A stretch of DNA of 64,000 nt from Hormiphora californensis (taxonomy: Eukaryota; Animalia; Ctenophora). The position numbers and the translations under genes were made by a program. The stretch lies in the NCBI GenBank assembly GCA_020137815.1, contig CM035357.1, positions 5,146,001-5,210,000 of the forward strand, read 5' to 3'. The notes under the pieces are model-generated. The model made no database searches. It saw nothing but the letters and a program-made list of their open reading frames with translations, and was not told where the DNA came from. Below, piece by piece: positions 1 to 19,200 of the stretch (position 1 is the stretch's first letter; each line of letters opens with the position of its first letter).

Positions 1-39
1 AGTGTACCCCTCACTTCCTCCTTTATTTCCTTCAAAAAA

Positions 40-99
<60 letters not shown>

Positions 100-407
100 T
101 GAGGTGTGTCTCCTTATGTACCCGGGATATACACTAAGCTAAGGATACTTAGTGTTTTAATAACCTGAGACCCCTGCATCTTTCCTACGCGCCAATACTT
201 GATCTTTAGCTAATGTCTAGGCTACCCTACCAACTCCTTGCCTTGCTCGACCCCCTCTCGAGTCTCGGCCTTTCAGCTTTCTGTCTCTCTCTCAACTCTC
301 TATCCACGGGCAAAACACCCACTCCTTCACCTTCTTCGCTCTTAATCAAAAATCCTACTTAATTTGTTAGTTCCTTCTCTAAGGTAATTACTAATTAATT
401 CCCCCAG

Positions 408-6627
<6,220 letters not shown>

Positions 6628-6713
6628 TTTCACTAATTATTCAATCAAACAATTGTATCATGAAAGAATGAATTCTACGGGTGAAACTTTGTGTACAGTG
6701 ACTAATTTATCAT

Positions 6714-9700
6714 TTAATTAATTAAGTAAAGATTTTCTACTTGAACTGATTTTGAAATAAGCGTATTAAGTTTGTACGCCAGGAAACTTGGTTTCTCCTC
6801 GTTGTTCAGGGAGCTAGCCAGAGCCCGTATTTCGCTGCACAACACGGGCTATGACACGTTACCATGGCAACCACGTTACCATGGCAACCACGTTACCAGG
6901 GGCAACCACGTTACCAGGGGCAACCACACATACCTGATCTCCTGGATCCCGGTCAATAGCGTTCCTATGTAGAACCTCCAGTAACACTTTAATATCATTC
7001 GTATAGAAGACCTCCGCTGCCCCTCGATTCAAAAACACATCCCGGGTTAACTTTTTAACGGAGTTAACTTGTGTTTTGTAGGATTGGGCCGCTGGATCCG
7101 CTGATAAGGAGATGGAAGTAGGATTCAGGAGGGGGGAAGATTAAAGATAGGATTTAATGAGAGGGGGAATACTTCATACAAATAAGATACTATCGAGAGA
7201 GAATTTATTAATTACACCGCTAGGTGAGCTGACACACATGTCATGCAACGATCAACAACACAGTGACTGTCAGAGAATCATGTCCTGACCCTGTTCTCTT
7301 TTCTTTCTAGAGAACAAAGGTCAGAGCTTGACAGCAAAGTTACGTACTTCCCCTGTTAAATGCAACAAGTAGGTTTTCTGAGAATGCAGTTGCACTTCCC
7401 CTGCTTTGCAACTTTGCACACACCGTGTTCTCCGAATCTGCAGCAGGGAGAGATGTTTTCACTATAAGAGATATAATAACAACAATGAAAAGTAAGAATC
7501 ACGATAATATGACGAATAAAGATCGCAATAAATAGTTATTTTATCGGAATACTGAATAGTGAAGGAATCATGGTTGTCTTCTCACCCGAATAATGAAGGT
7601 TCAGGGCGAGTATAACGTTGAGGAAGAGGTGTGGTATTGAAGCCTCGGGATCCCACGGCTCACTACGCTCCATAGCAGCCAGGAGGAACTCAATGAACTC
7701 TTCATCAAGGAGATCTGAACAAGAATTGGGTGTTCAGAGAGGGTGTGTGTGTGTGTTCGGAGATCTTTGGGGAAGGAGATCTGATAGGATCAAGCAAGGG
7801 AGGTTGGGACTTATAAAATCTGGTTAAGATTGAGGGGGTAAGGAGATTTGTGGGGAAGTTTGGTGAGTGAGAGAGCTTCCGTCTCTTCTGTAGACGAACC
7901 CATCCCCATATGGCAGGCAAGAGATTTAGTAGAACTTAAAAAGAATATTATTGACCATATTACATCGTACTGAGGAGGGCGGGGTGGTAATGGTATCGTA
8001 CCGTGATGGTTGCGAGGCATGGTGTTGGGGTAAACGAGCACAGCCACGAACACCTCAACTTGCCGCTCCAGGAGAGTTAACACTTTCGTTGCCTGGTGAT
8101 AAGTTAGCTAGAATTCTTGTTAGGAAATAGTATATTCTACAAAATGATCCTACCCTTTCAACATGTAATATGTATATATAAAATACAGTCAGACCCCTAT
8201 TTACTGACCTCCGATTTACCGGGGTCAGACTATTTCATCACATGTACCTGCAGGTCCGTTGCCAGCTGAATGGGAAGGTGGGAAGAAAGGTAGATGGAAC
8301 ACGAGGGATCAGGTTTAACTGCTATTGTCTCCAGTATTACCTCCAGAGTTAGCCTCTTCAGCGCCGTTCTCTTTTCCTGGATGAGGGATGTTACAGGTTA
8401 CAGGAGACATTGGTGATGACATCCCCTATTATATTATAACGCAGTCACCCCTACAGCGCGGCTAGTGTAGGGGTGACTGCGTCACCAACAGGAGACAAAG
8501 TGTTACTTGTTTTGTTCAATCCCTGTGAGACAGGGTCGAGCAAGACAAGGTGTTACTTGTAGTTAGAGGAAGGGGCGGTAGTTGAGCTATCAACGGTGTT
8601 ACTCAGTTTGATAGTTTAAAAGTAAGTTACTCAGTTTGATAGTTACTCAGTTTGATAGTTTAAAAGTAAGTTTCTCAGTTTGATAGTTTAAAAGTAAGTT
8701 TATTTAGTGAGTTTGGAGGGTTTAGTTGTAAAGAGGGTTAGGACAGTAAAACGAGGGTTAAAGAATCATTCTAAGCTGTGTATCTTACCAGCATGTAATA
8801 CTGAACGAGAGTTAGCAGAGGTTCATATTTATGTTCCTCCAGTACCCGGATCACAACCCTGGGATTTGAATTGCGGAGTAGAGAGTGGATATCCGTTAGA
8901 ATCGTGTGGATCTCCTCTGTATCATCCCTACATATCCAACCTGATCAAGTGGGGGCACATTTAGCTGTGAGGCCGGAGGGGTGCAAATGCCATGGACTTC
9001 ATGGCGTGAACTTCTGTAAACATATATTCTGGGTGGCGGAGACTCATTTCAATTATTGAGGAAGATGAAAGGTTTCTATTTATAAGACAGGGTAACAAGA
9101 GCTCTTAAGAGCTAGATGTGGTCCTCGTGACCTATAATTCCGGGGAAAAACGGATCATGTTGAGATATTAAACGTTTTATCTGTTAATACCTCTCTGCTG
9201 CTCATCCTCAGTATGAGCGGTGAACAGCTGCAACAATTGTTCCAGTTTCAAGCTATCCACACTGTTACACTGCAGACTCCCCTCATTGTCAAGTGCTGCA
9301 CTCAGCTCACCCACCCTCCCACTCCACTCTCCCATCTCTTCAGAGAGTTTTCCCAGCAGATCGCGGACTATCTCCTTACTGACCTATAGATAGGATTTAG
9401 ACTTTAGAGGATGGAAACAGAATTACTATAAAGATCGGAGGAAAGAGTAAACAGACCGGACAGAACCCTTTCCCCGAGGATCTCAATAAATCAAGAATAC
9501 AAATTCAAATGTACCTGATAACTAACGCCCCTTTTCCTCACACACTCCACCAACCCACTGGCTATCCGGACATCGCCCCGGTCCTCTGTTGTCTTGTACG
9601 TTGACCGGGAGATTGTGGAGGATCGAGGGAGGTTAGGGGGTTCCTGGCGAGGTACCTGGAGAGAAGGGAACAATTAGAAGGTGGAACAGTTTGGAACAGA

Positions 9701-12700
9701 GCATCATACAAATGGAACAGTTAGGAATAATATGATTCATTCCAAGGAACCAATGAAGATTGAAGGTCCTTGCAAGGAATAACTTGCTGAGAAGAATGCC
9801 AAGGGTGGACTAACTTCCGGGAGACTTCATGCGATGACGTCATTACTTCGTGACGTCATCACCTGAAGTTTCTAGGAAGTTAGCCCGTAATTACCACCAT
9901 TCCTGGAAACTTACCACCAGGAACCGACCGAATCAGGAAATACTGGTCACTGATTGGCTGATAACCAGTCACGTGACCCAAATAACGAGTTCTGATTGGT
10001 TGTTTACTTGTTTCGGTCGGTTCCTGCTTACCACCATGGGGTTGGCACTCTGAGTTCGGGCAAGTTTTGAAATGACAATGTCAGGGCTTTCACGGGGTGT
10101 GTGGACCATCACATCAGCTCCCTCATTTACCACTTTGAGTAGTTTAGCTGGAACCTGGCCCCATCTGGAGGAAAGATAAGGGGTATAGAGGGGTGGAGAG
10201 GGGGGAGGAACTGGAGGACCAGGGGGGACTCCTTTGAGGGGGTAGAGGGAGTAAACTACCTGCCGCTGTCACTTCTCACAGTCCACCACTGGAGATCCAT
10301 TTTAGTTAGTAGCGTGACGACCTGCCCCTCGTATACACGGAGTTGACCAGTTACCCCGCCCTCAAAATCCTGTCGTACCACCATCCGGGCACACTTTTCT
10401 ATCTGAAAAAGGGGGGGGGGATGGATGCAATTCTCTAACTGGGGGGGGGGGGTGGTTGGGTGCAATTCTCTATCTGAAGGGGGGGGGGGGTGGTTGGGTG
10501 CAATTCTCTATCTGAATGGGGAGGGAACTTCTAGAATATAATCGGAGCGGGAACTGGGGAGGATTAGGAACAATTCTAGAACTAGGGGAGCAGAGGGGGT
10601 GTGATTTGACACACTTCTCTATCTGTGGATTGGGAAATTCGGGAATAGGGGCGGGGGAGGATTCGAGACAAATCTATAGAATAGGGGCGGGGAGATTTGA
10701 GACATGTAGAACTGTGGGAATCGGGTAAGGGGGAACACTTTTAGGGTAATAATGAATGAAGTCACACACCAACAGCCCCAAAATCACCATATTAACGTCA
10801 TCTTTTGTGTCACCAACCTCAATAAAACTACAAACAAACGGGTATGTATTGTTGGAGGGGGGGGAATTGTTACCTCGATTTTCTTGAGATATCCATTAGA
10901 TGGTACAAAGCCAGCCTTCCCATTGATCTTACCCCTGTGCCAACTGTTACTGGAGCTGGATTTGGTGACCTGGGTAGTAATGAATTGTAATGAACCGATA
11001 GAGATTTGTGGCAGATTTTAAACTAAAACAAAAACTGATCCAACCGGAAGTTAGAGATTAAAGATGTTTCAGTTAATTAGTACCTCTACGACTTGTCCCT
11101 TTTTGAAGCTGAGAACGTGTTGTTGAGAGAGTGAGAAGTCGTGGAGGGCAACGTACAGTCCCGCCATCCCATCAGCCTCTAAGGATGGAGTTATAGCAAT
11201 TAGGGAATTGGGTGAGTTATTAGGCACTAGGCAGTAATTAGGGAATGGGGTTAGTTATTAGGCCATAATTATTAGGAACATATCGAATTTAGGACAACAG
11301 TTTAGGTGATCTCAGTAGAGAATTGCCAATTGGATTAGGGGAAGCCTGCAGTTTCTGGTAAATATATCTGTCAGTGGAATAACTTGTGTTGATAAAGTCT
11401 AGGCTTGCTGTATGTAAGGAATTGTAGCTCAAAAAGCCTGGGCAACAAATCTACATGTTGTTAGAAGAGAGAGAGTAAAAATAGAGACAATACTGCTGGG
11501 CTTGTTGTACAACACAACTGATGAGACACAAACAAGAATTGTTGCAGAATCAGGAAAAAAAGGCAACCGGATGAGACAACAAGAACATTGTGACGCCTTG
11601 CGGTCTGTGATGAAACAGCAAATTCCAGTGAACACGGGGAAGAGGATATAAGGAATTTGAAATAATTTCCAATTTTAGAGAAATATGTATTAATTCGAGG
11701 TGAACTATAATTTACTATGTTCATGAAGCAAACCGCGGATAGAATGTAGAACTGAACAGTGCCTATGTCAAATTTAGCATTGAAGCAGTCCTGAATTTCA
11801 GTAATTTTCAATGTGTGTGTGTGTGTGCAGTAGTACCAAGGGAACTATCTAGAAACTTTGGTAACGAAGTTACCCCTCCCTTGCCGGCGCGCAAAGCGCA
11901 TCAAACGAAGGCCGCGATGCAGAAACAGAGTGTGAGGTGTCTTCGATACCAACTAGAAACTGGAGAATTGTGAAACAAGAACTAATTACTTCAGTGGAAA
12001 AATTATAATTATCAGAGAGAGAAAGGAAGAGACGTAAAGAGAGAGAGAGATAGAGAAAATAAGAAAGAGATGAGGAAAAGATGGAGAGAAAGAGATGGAA
12101 AGACACTCTGATTCTACACACTTATGATGGCTTACACACATACTACTCGTATCGTGGCTGTTAGCTAATAAACAAACAACTCAGGCGAGTTATGAATGTG
12201 ATGATATGTGTGTCACACTCATTAATGATACCAGTAACAATAACATCATGTTACTAACATGTGTCTGTAACAATAACATGTGTAACATGGAGGAAGGGGT
12301 CCAGCCCTAAAAAGGCCATACCATCAGCCAAAATCAGGGTACCGATAGCCTTTTTAGGGCTGGACCCCCCTTACATTATATACGTGGTGCATGGCTACTA
12401 AAAACATATATTGCAAGCTTCTACTTTAAGATATATAGGAAGGAGAAAGGCAGGTGAGTAGAACTTCGCTCCTAATAAAAGGCTGCAATAAAAGGCTGCA
12501 TTAAAAGGCTGCAATAAAAGGCTGCAATAAAAGGCTGCATTAAAAGGCTGCAATAAAAGGCTGCAATAAAAGGCTGCAATGGATCACGTATCCAACTGGA
12601 CTAAAGCAGGAGAGACCGAAGCAGGAGAGACCGAATCGTCCTCCCCTAACAGTGTTTCGTTTCACTTATCGGTCTCTACCATAAGCGGTAGAGAGACCGA

Positions 12701-13120
12701 ATCACCCGCCCCTAATTAAAATGATTCATGCCATGTATCCAACTAAACCATAGGCGGTAGATAGACGGAGATAGAGAGTTAGAGAGGTGAGAGTGAGAGA
12801 TTCGAATCATGGACGACTAATCAAGTATTGTATCACGTTTCATGATATCCTCTAATTAATTAAATGAAAGGGGGTTACCTATAATTTGACTTAACCAGTG
12901 CCAATACGTGATTACTGATTTTCTACCGTTATTCGCCAATAGTCTTTATATTATGTATTAAGCCAAAAACTAATTGAATTAGTTGGCGGGAAAGGTGGCC
13001 CACTTACACCTTTTGCTACTGCCGGGTATCACCATGAACTCTCATTTTCTCTCTCCAGCTCGGTATCTCAATCTCCTATTTTTCAAGGGTAACTTATTCC
13101 TGTTCGTTCTATCCCTCTCT

Positions 13121-13198
<78 letters not shown>

Positions 13199-13233
13199 TA
13201 TCCATCTCTCTATCTCTCTCTCTCTCTCTCTCT

Positions 13234-13316
<83 letters not shown>

Positions 13317-15227
13317 ACTCACACTCTATCACTCTATCACGCTCTCTTTCACTATCTTATTCCATTGTATTCACCTCTTATATCTCTGATCCCGGCAGCA
13401 GGCAAAGGTGTAAGTGGGCCACCTTTCCCGCCAACTAATTCAATTAGTTTTTGGCTTAATTTAGGTCCCTTTTTGGTTTTTAATCGCAGCAAGACATTAT
13501 TTCATAATGTAATATTGTCGAAATAATGCGATATATGAGAAACGAGACGAATTTCTGTGAAAATCGTATTTTTGACGTCATTATGACGTCATTTGACGTA
13601 ATTAGTGACGTCGTAACGACGTAATTGCATCACAATATATTTTGAATATATACCCCAAAGGAGCTTGTAAAGTTTTATTGACCACAGTGGTCAGGAAAGG
13701 TTTTTGCTCGAAAAACGTTCATTTTACTGAATTTTTCGTCAAATTTTTGACTTCCGACGCGATTTAAGGGCTCAAAATGATGAGCTACGAAAATTCGCAA
13801 TATAGTAACTGAAAGTTCAGACAATTTGCCGGTAACGATTTTTCGTCAAATCAGAAATCGGAACACGTCTTCAGGGTGCTAGAGGCGTTTGAAAAAAGTT
13901 AGTCGATCTCGCGCAATGACGTCACTCGTGACGTCATTGCGCGCGTCATAGGTAAGATTGAGAGTCGCCACCCAAATGGGTACATGCACGAGACAATTAT
14001 CTGTCGAATGCCGCTTGGTTTAAGGTCGTACGATGTCTGGTTCGTCTCAAACTGGGACCAAACGGAAGGTAATAAAGCGTCTATACATGTATATATGTAT
14101 CAACCTAGTTATCCCCACACTGAATTTTCTGTTTTGGGGGTGGTGTTATAACTTTTGAACAAAATGAGCTAGCCACTTGAAATTTTTACCATCGATAGAT
14201 GTCTACAAGAAGCTTCTGAGTACAAAATTTCAGCTTCCTAGCTCATCCGGTTCCGGAGTTATGGCGTGTCAAAAAGTGCCAAAATGGGCTAAAAGTATGA
14301 AATAACTATATATACGCTGTGAGCAAGCGGGCCGTTTTTTGGGGGATTTTTTTTCGGGGGATTGGATGGGGCCACCTTTGCGCTTGCCAGCGCAGTGACA
14401 CAATTCAGTAGAGCGGAATCACACATAATACTATGATAGGTGAACCAAGTGGTTGGGTGGTTCACCTGTCATTATGCTACACGCTCAATCAATAGATCTA
14501 CCCTACCTCATTAGACCAACACTCTCAGTAGTTACTGACTACCTCTACTGAATCGTGAAGCGATACGGAAAGACTAATGGTCCATTAGTAATGGAGAATA
14601 CATAGCGGTAGAGAATCACGTATCGGGACCGATGAGGTCTCATTGTCAATTGGTAACCGCTTTTCATTAGAGGATACTATGGTACGTGTGATACCATACC
14701 ATGATTCTGATTTTTCACTCTCTCAGTTCTCACTCGTACTCGCTCTCTATCTCGATCTCTCTATCGCCTATGGTCTAGTTGGATACGTGACACGAGTCAC
14801 TATAATTAGGGGAAGGTGATTCGGTCTCTCTACAGCCGATACGTGATACGAAACACTATTAGGGGAGGACGATTCGGTCTATCCCCCGCTTTAGTCTGGT
14901 TAGATACGTGATCTCTTGCAGCCTTTTATTGCAGCCTTTTATTGCAGCCTTTTATTGCAGCCTTTTTCTGCAGCCTTTTATTGCAGCCTTTTTCTGCAGC
15001 CTTTTATTGCAGCCTTTTATTAGGAGCGAAGTTCTACTCACCTGCCGAATTGAGGATTTGTAGTCACAGGTAATTTTCAAGTGATTCAACTTACCATGAT
15101 CACGTCCCCCTCCCCCGCCAGGGTGAAGAAGACTCAGAGAGGAAGGAGTTGTAATTGTGTTGGCCCTACCCCTACTGGGGACAGGCGGTGGATGGTTGGC
15201 GGCAGGAGAGGCTGGTTTTGTGGACAT
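6714..15227 (-). CDS. NCKIPSD: NCKIPSD/SPIN90 (WISH/DIP1/Ldb17 family) Arp2/3 activator with two N-terminal SH3 domains, ~14 exons
   Basis: Spliced translation: LYVALHDF..SFKKGQVVE/..WHRGKINGKAGFVPSN (SH3), QDFEG..WWTVRSDSGRWGQVPA (SH3), QQRGWICRDDTEEI..LVQYYML, LPIQLATDLQ, VILALNLH, FSENLLVAFNRG, FYTNDIKVL; these match SPIN90/Ldb17 motifs. First exon 15095-15227 joins in phase to 11178. Last exon is less certain. Confidence 0.88.
9918..10026 (-). mobile_element. 109-bp hAT-type MITE, same family as 3706 (duplicate copy ~41603-41708)
   Basis: Same TIRs; 8-bp TSD CTTACCAC (9910-9917, 10027-10034). Confidence 0.9.
12449..15046. mobile_element. Foldback-like non-autonomous DNA element with long TIRs and 13-bp subterminal repeats (AATAAAAGGCTGC)
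   Basis: GGCAGGTGAGTAGAACTTCGCTCCTAATAAAAGGCTGC at both ends in inverted orientation; absent from the duplicate copy (~44000); no clear TSD. Confidence 0.8.
12957..13460. mobile_element. MITE with ~70-bp TIRs and (CT)n interior, nested in the foldback element
   Basis: TTAAGCCAAAAACTAATTGAATTAGTTGGCGGGAAAGG... inverted at 13390-13460; TTAA at both ends. Confidence 0.8.
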
Positions 15228-15402
15228 TCCTTCTCCACATTCCTCCCTTGTCTATCTTTCTATCTTTTTCTATCTTTTTTAATTAAAATCCCGCAAATAC
15301 AACATTTTGCTAGCTAGAGAGAGGGGGTGTTAGTGTAATTGGGTTAATGGTACAGACGCGGGGTACTACTCAGTGCGACACGCAGTGTACACAAGCAACT
15401 GT

Positions 15403-15483
<81 letters not shown>

Positions 15484-16231
15484 TAGAGAGAGTGGGGAGC
15501 CGGGAGAGACAGTTATGTTATAAAGTCGACAGTTTAAAAAACACCACACTGGAAAATGTGGGGAAATTAAACAAAAATTAATATATGGTAGGTTCAACAC
15601 GTACAAAACAGGGAAACATATCTTCCAACCCAAACTGAAAATTGGAACAAAACCCAAGAATATCTTGTTTAGTAAGGGGTCTTACTCGACAAAGAACATC
15701 AAGCTTCAAAACGAAAATTCTCTATCAGGCTCCGGTATAAAAACTTGGGAAAATTGGGGACCAAAATGTAATCGAAAAATACAAGCAAGTTCTAGAATAG
15801 GGATCTGTGTTTGATTTCTGAAGCATAGATGGAGAGAATGGGAGAGAAAGAGAGAGAGTGTGTGTGTGTGTGAGAGTCTAACCTAGTCTACTACCGGAGC
15901 TGGAGGGGACATATGATGGGGTACAAGAAGCAAATACAATGCTAGGAAACGCTTAGCACTTGCATTGTCTTGGTTTGCAGTACACAAAGTGTCTCTCTCA
16001 CACTCTCTCTTTCACTCTCTCTTTCACTCTCTCTTTCACTTCCTCCCTCTCTCCCTTTCAAACTTCACAGCATTAGACGTTATGTGGCAGCCTGCAGCGC
16101 ACGAAAATCTATTAGTAGCGGTACAATAGGTGCACTGGAGGTACAAGCAGAAAATGCAAATCAGATAATAATTAATAAATCGGCAAATCATAGATCTAGT
16201 AGAAGAAAGCTGAGAAGGGAGATGCCCGCTC

Positions 16232-19200
16232 TCACAGTAACAACCCATTTTTCTTCTTATTTTTCCCCAGTTTCTTCTTCTTGCTGTTCTGTGCAGGAGC
16301 CCACGTGAAATCAGCGGTGAGGGAACTGTCGGAACAGTGTTCTGAACCTATAAACAGTAGAATATGTTATTGTCAGAAATCAAGAAAATCGTTATCATTA
16401 TTTTAAAATATAATGCCCAACCCTAATAACACAAATCTTAATGAACTGGAAACTTAAAAACCTAAAAATAAATCACGTACCAGTTTCCTCGTTGTTCTGT
16501 AGATGATGAAGGAGAAGAAGGGAGCGAGCTGTAGCTCTCTGTTCATCTGTATGTTGGGGACAACGCAGTGACCTACAGGAAACAAACAGTGAATCCAAGC
16601 ATTTGGTAGTTGTACATATTTGACTCGTGATGCTTCTGGTCCCAAAATGTATTTCCTTGGGGACCTGAATTCGATCCAGATTTCTACCGCTGATTGATTT
16701 ACCTTGTGCAGAGTTTTTTAGTGTACCCTGAAACCACTCCGCACATGTTTGTTAGGAATCGTTCCTTGCTGCTCGGGCTCAGTGCTTCAAAACTCTCCCG
16801 ATCACTCCCATCTGTCCCGTCCGGCGGAGAGCAGTCCAACTTGCTGGTACCCGTTTTGAATAACTTTCGTACTGTTTTGGGAGACCTGCATTGGGGAAAG
16901 GATTCTATTCAGGAAATTGAGAAACAAAGATAATTCCGTTCAAAATTGACTGAAAAATGATTCATTCACTGTTCCGAAGATGTATCTCAAATAGAACAAA
17001 CGCTAGAGCTGCTAGAAAAATGTGTAGATTTCCCGTACTACATCTATTTGTGGGGCAAGAGGAAATGATGCGATATCGCGATAAAAATTAACTTTTTAGT
17101 CTTTGCCGATATATTATTCTGATTCAAAATTGTCCTATCACTCTCTCCAAGCTGTATCTCGAACGGGGCCGGCGCTAGAGCTCACAGGAAAATGTCAAGA
17201 GTTTTAGTTGTCAACCTGTATTCTCGTGAGATAAAGAGATGTAGCACACAAGGCTTCGTTCCCAACTCTAATTGACAGTCACGGAGAATTATTCACGTCC
17301 CTCACGTTATAATGTTTTTGTTTTTCCAAACCATCTGTGCAACACAAACTTGACAAGACTAAGTTAGCACTTTGCCATGCTACGCAGTTTGTCGTTCGCG
17401 TAAGCTCACACCGGGCTGAAGAGCCGACACACTGGGAACATGTCAATTAGCACTATGCTTATCTAATTTTCACTACCTCCAGTCATCCTTCCATTGTTCT
17501 TACTCTACTACTTAATAACAGCCCACAAGAAGGACCCATAACTTCAACATGATGTTGTTTCTAGTTCTCTGTGCTCTAACAGCACAAACAGCCGCGGTAG
17601 ACCTCGCATTGGATGCCCTTAGCAGCCCCCAAAAGCTCCTGTCCCTATACCGGGATTATGCCACAAAGTACCACCGAACACCTACCCCTGAGCGGGTCCT
17701 GATCTTCCGGGAAAACCTGAAGAAGATCGTGGAAGGAAACAAACTGGCTACAACGTGGACACTCGGAGTGAACAAGTTTGCTGACATGACCCGGGAGGAG
17801 CGACAGAGTTATCTTGGACTCAACATGACACGGCGAGGATCTCCCAGTAGTGTTGCAGGGATCAGATTAGAGGAGCCTGTCAGCTTGGTGGGCGTTCCTG
17901 CGGAGAAAGACTGGAGGAAGGAAGGAAAGGTAACTGGAGTTAAAGATCAGGCCGCTTGTGGATCCTGTTATACCTTCGGAGCCGTCGGAGTCCTGGAGAT
18001 AAACTATGCCATCAGGACTGGAAAAAGGAAGGACTTTGCGGAGAAGGAGTATTTGGATTGTGTCTACCAGAGAGATGGTTGTGATGGAGGTTGGTCTGAG
18101 CACTGCTGGGACTACTCCGCAAGAGAGGGTCGACTAGCGCTGACAAGGGACCAGAAGTACAGCCCCTTCGATGGGAGGTGCGGAAGCAAGTACAAGAGAA
18201 TGCACAATGGCCTTATTGCATCCAAAATCACTGGTTATACCGAGATATACGGGCGAGGAAAGGAGAGCGCTTTCATTAAAGCCCTATCCCAGGGCTCTGT
18301 TGTTGTTGCCTTTCAGGTGACCGACTACTTTGGCTTCTACCAGAAGGGGGTTATAGCTGACAAAACATGTAACGACATGGGTGACAGCACTGCCAACCAC
18401 GCCGTCACCGGTGTCGGCTACACCCGGACCTCCATGATAATCAAAAACAGCTGGGGATCCGACTGGGGTATGTCTGGGTACTTTGAAACAGCGAGAGGAA
18501 CGGATGACTGTGAGTATTTCAGGTGGGGTTCATGGCCTAACTGGCAGGATACCGGGGTTGTTGACAATGACCCTGATTACCAACCTACTGATGATGATGA
18601 TTGTGTGGATGTCAACCCTGATGGATGTCCCTGTGGCACTGTGAGGTGTGGCGATGGAAACTGCAGGCATGTCCACATGTGCTAAACCCGCCGCAAAGTT
18701 ATTCGCAAGTTTTTTTTTCTTTCTTGAGTGATTCTTGTCTCTGTCTGACTTTGAGTAACAAAACTAAGATATCAGTTACCACAGTTAACCGTTACCACCA
18801 ATACACTCACCACTCATATCTATCCTCCACTTTTTTTCCTTACCAATAGTCAATACCCTACCCACTATTATAAATACTAACTGACTAAATTGATTATGGG
18901 CATAACACATAAAACTGCGTATATGTGGTGTTAGACAAGTCTGTGTAAAATATCAGAATTACCCATTTCGTCGGATGCGGGCCCGTTTTGATTTTCCAGT
19001 CTCCTCGTCATCCTCAAAGGGGTCATCCTCAGCCAGGGAGGCGTGATTAACATTAGCTATCCTCCGTCTAGCTACCCTGCTACTGTTTCTCCCCATTCCT
19101 AACATGGGATCAGGGAGGTTAGTGGAGGGTGGGTTGCTATGGTGACATTTATCAGCATTTTCACCATGATGACCCCCCCCCCCCTCGGATACCGATTATG

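Noticed and set aside
11429-11811. Open frames in NCKIPSD intron 1
   Set aside because: No recognisable motifs or supported splice structure; the second copy is too noisy to test.
17505-17521. SL remnant upstream of the protease (ACTACTTAATAACAG)
   Set aside because: Only ~7 nt match; better read as an ordinary splice acceptor.
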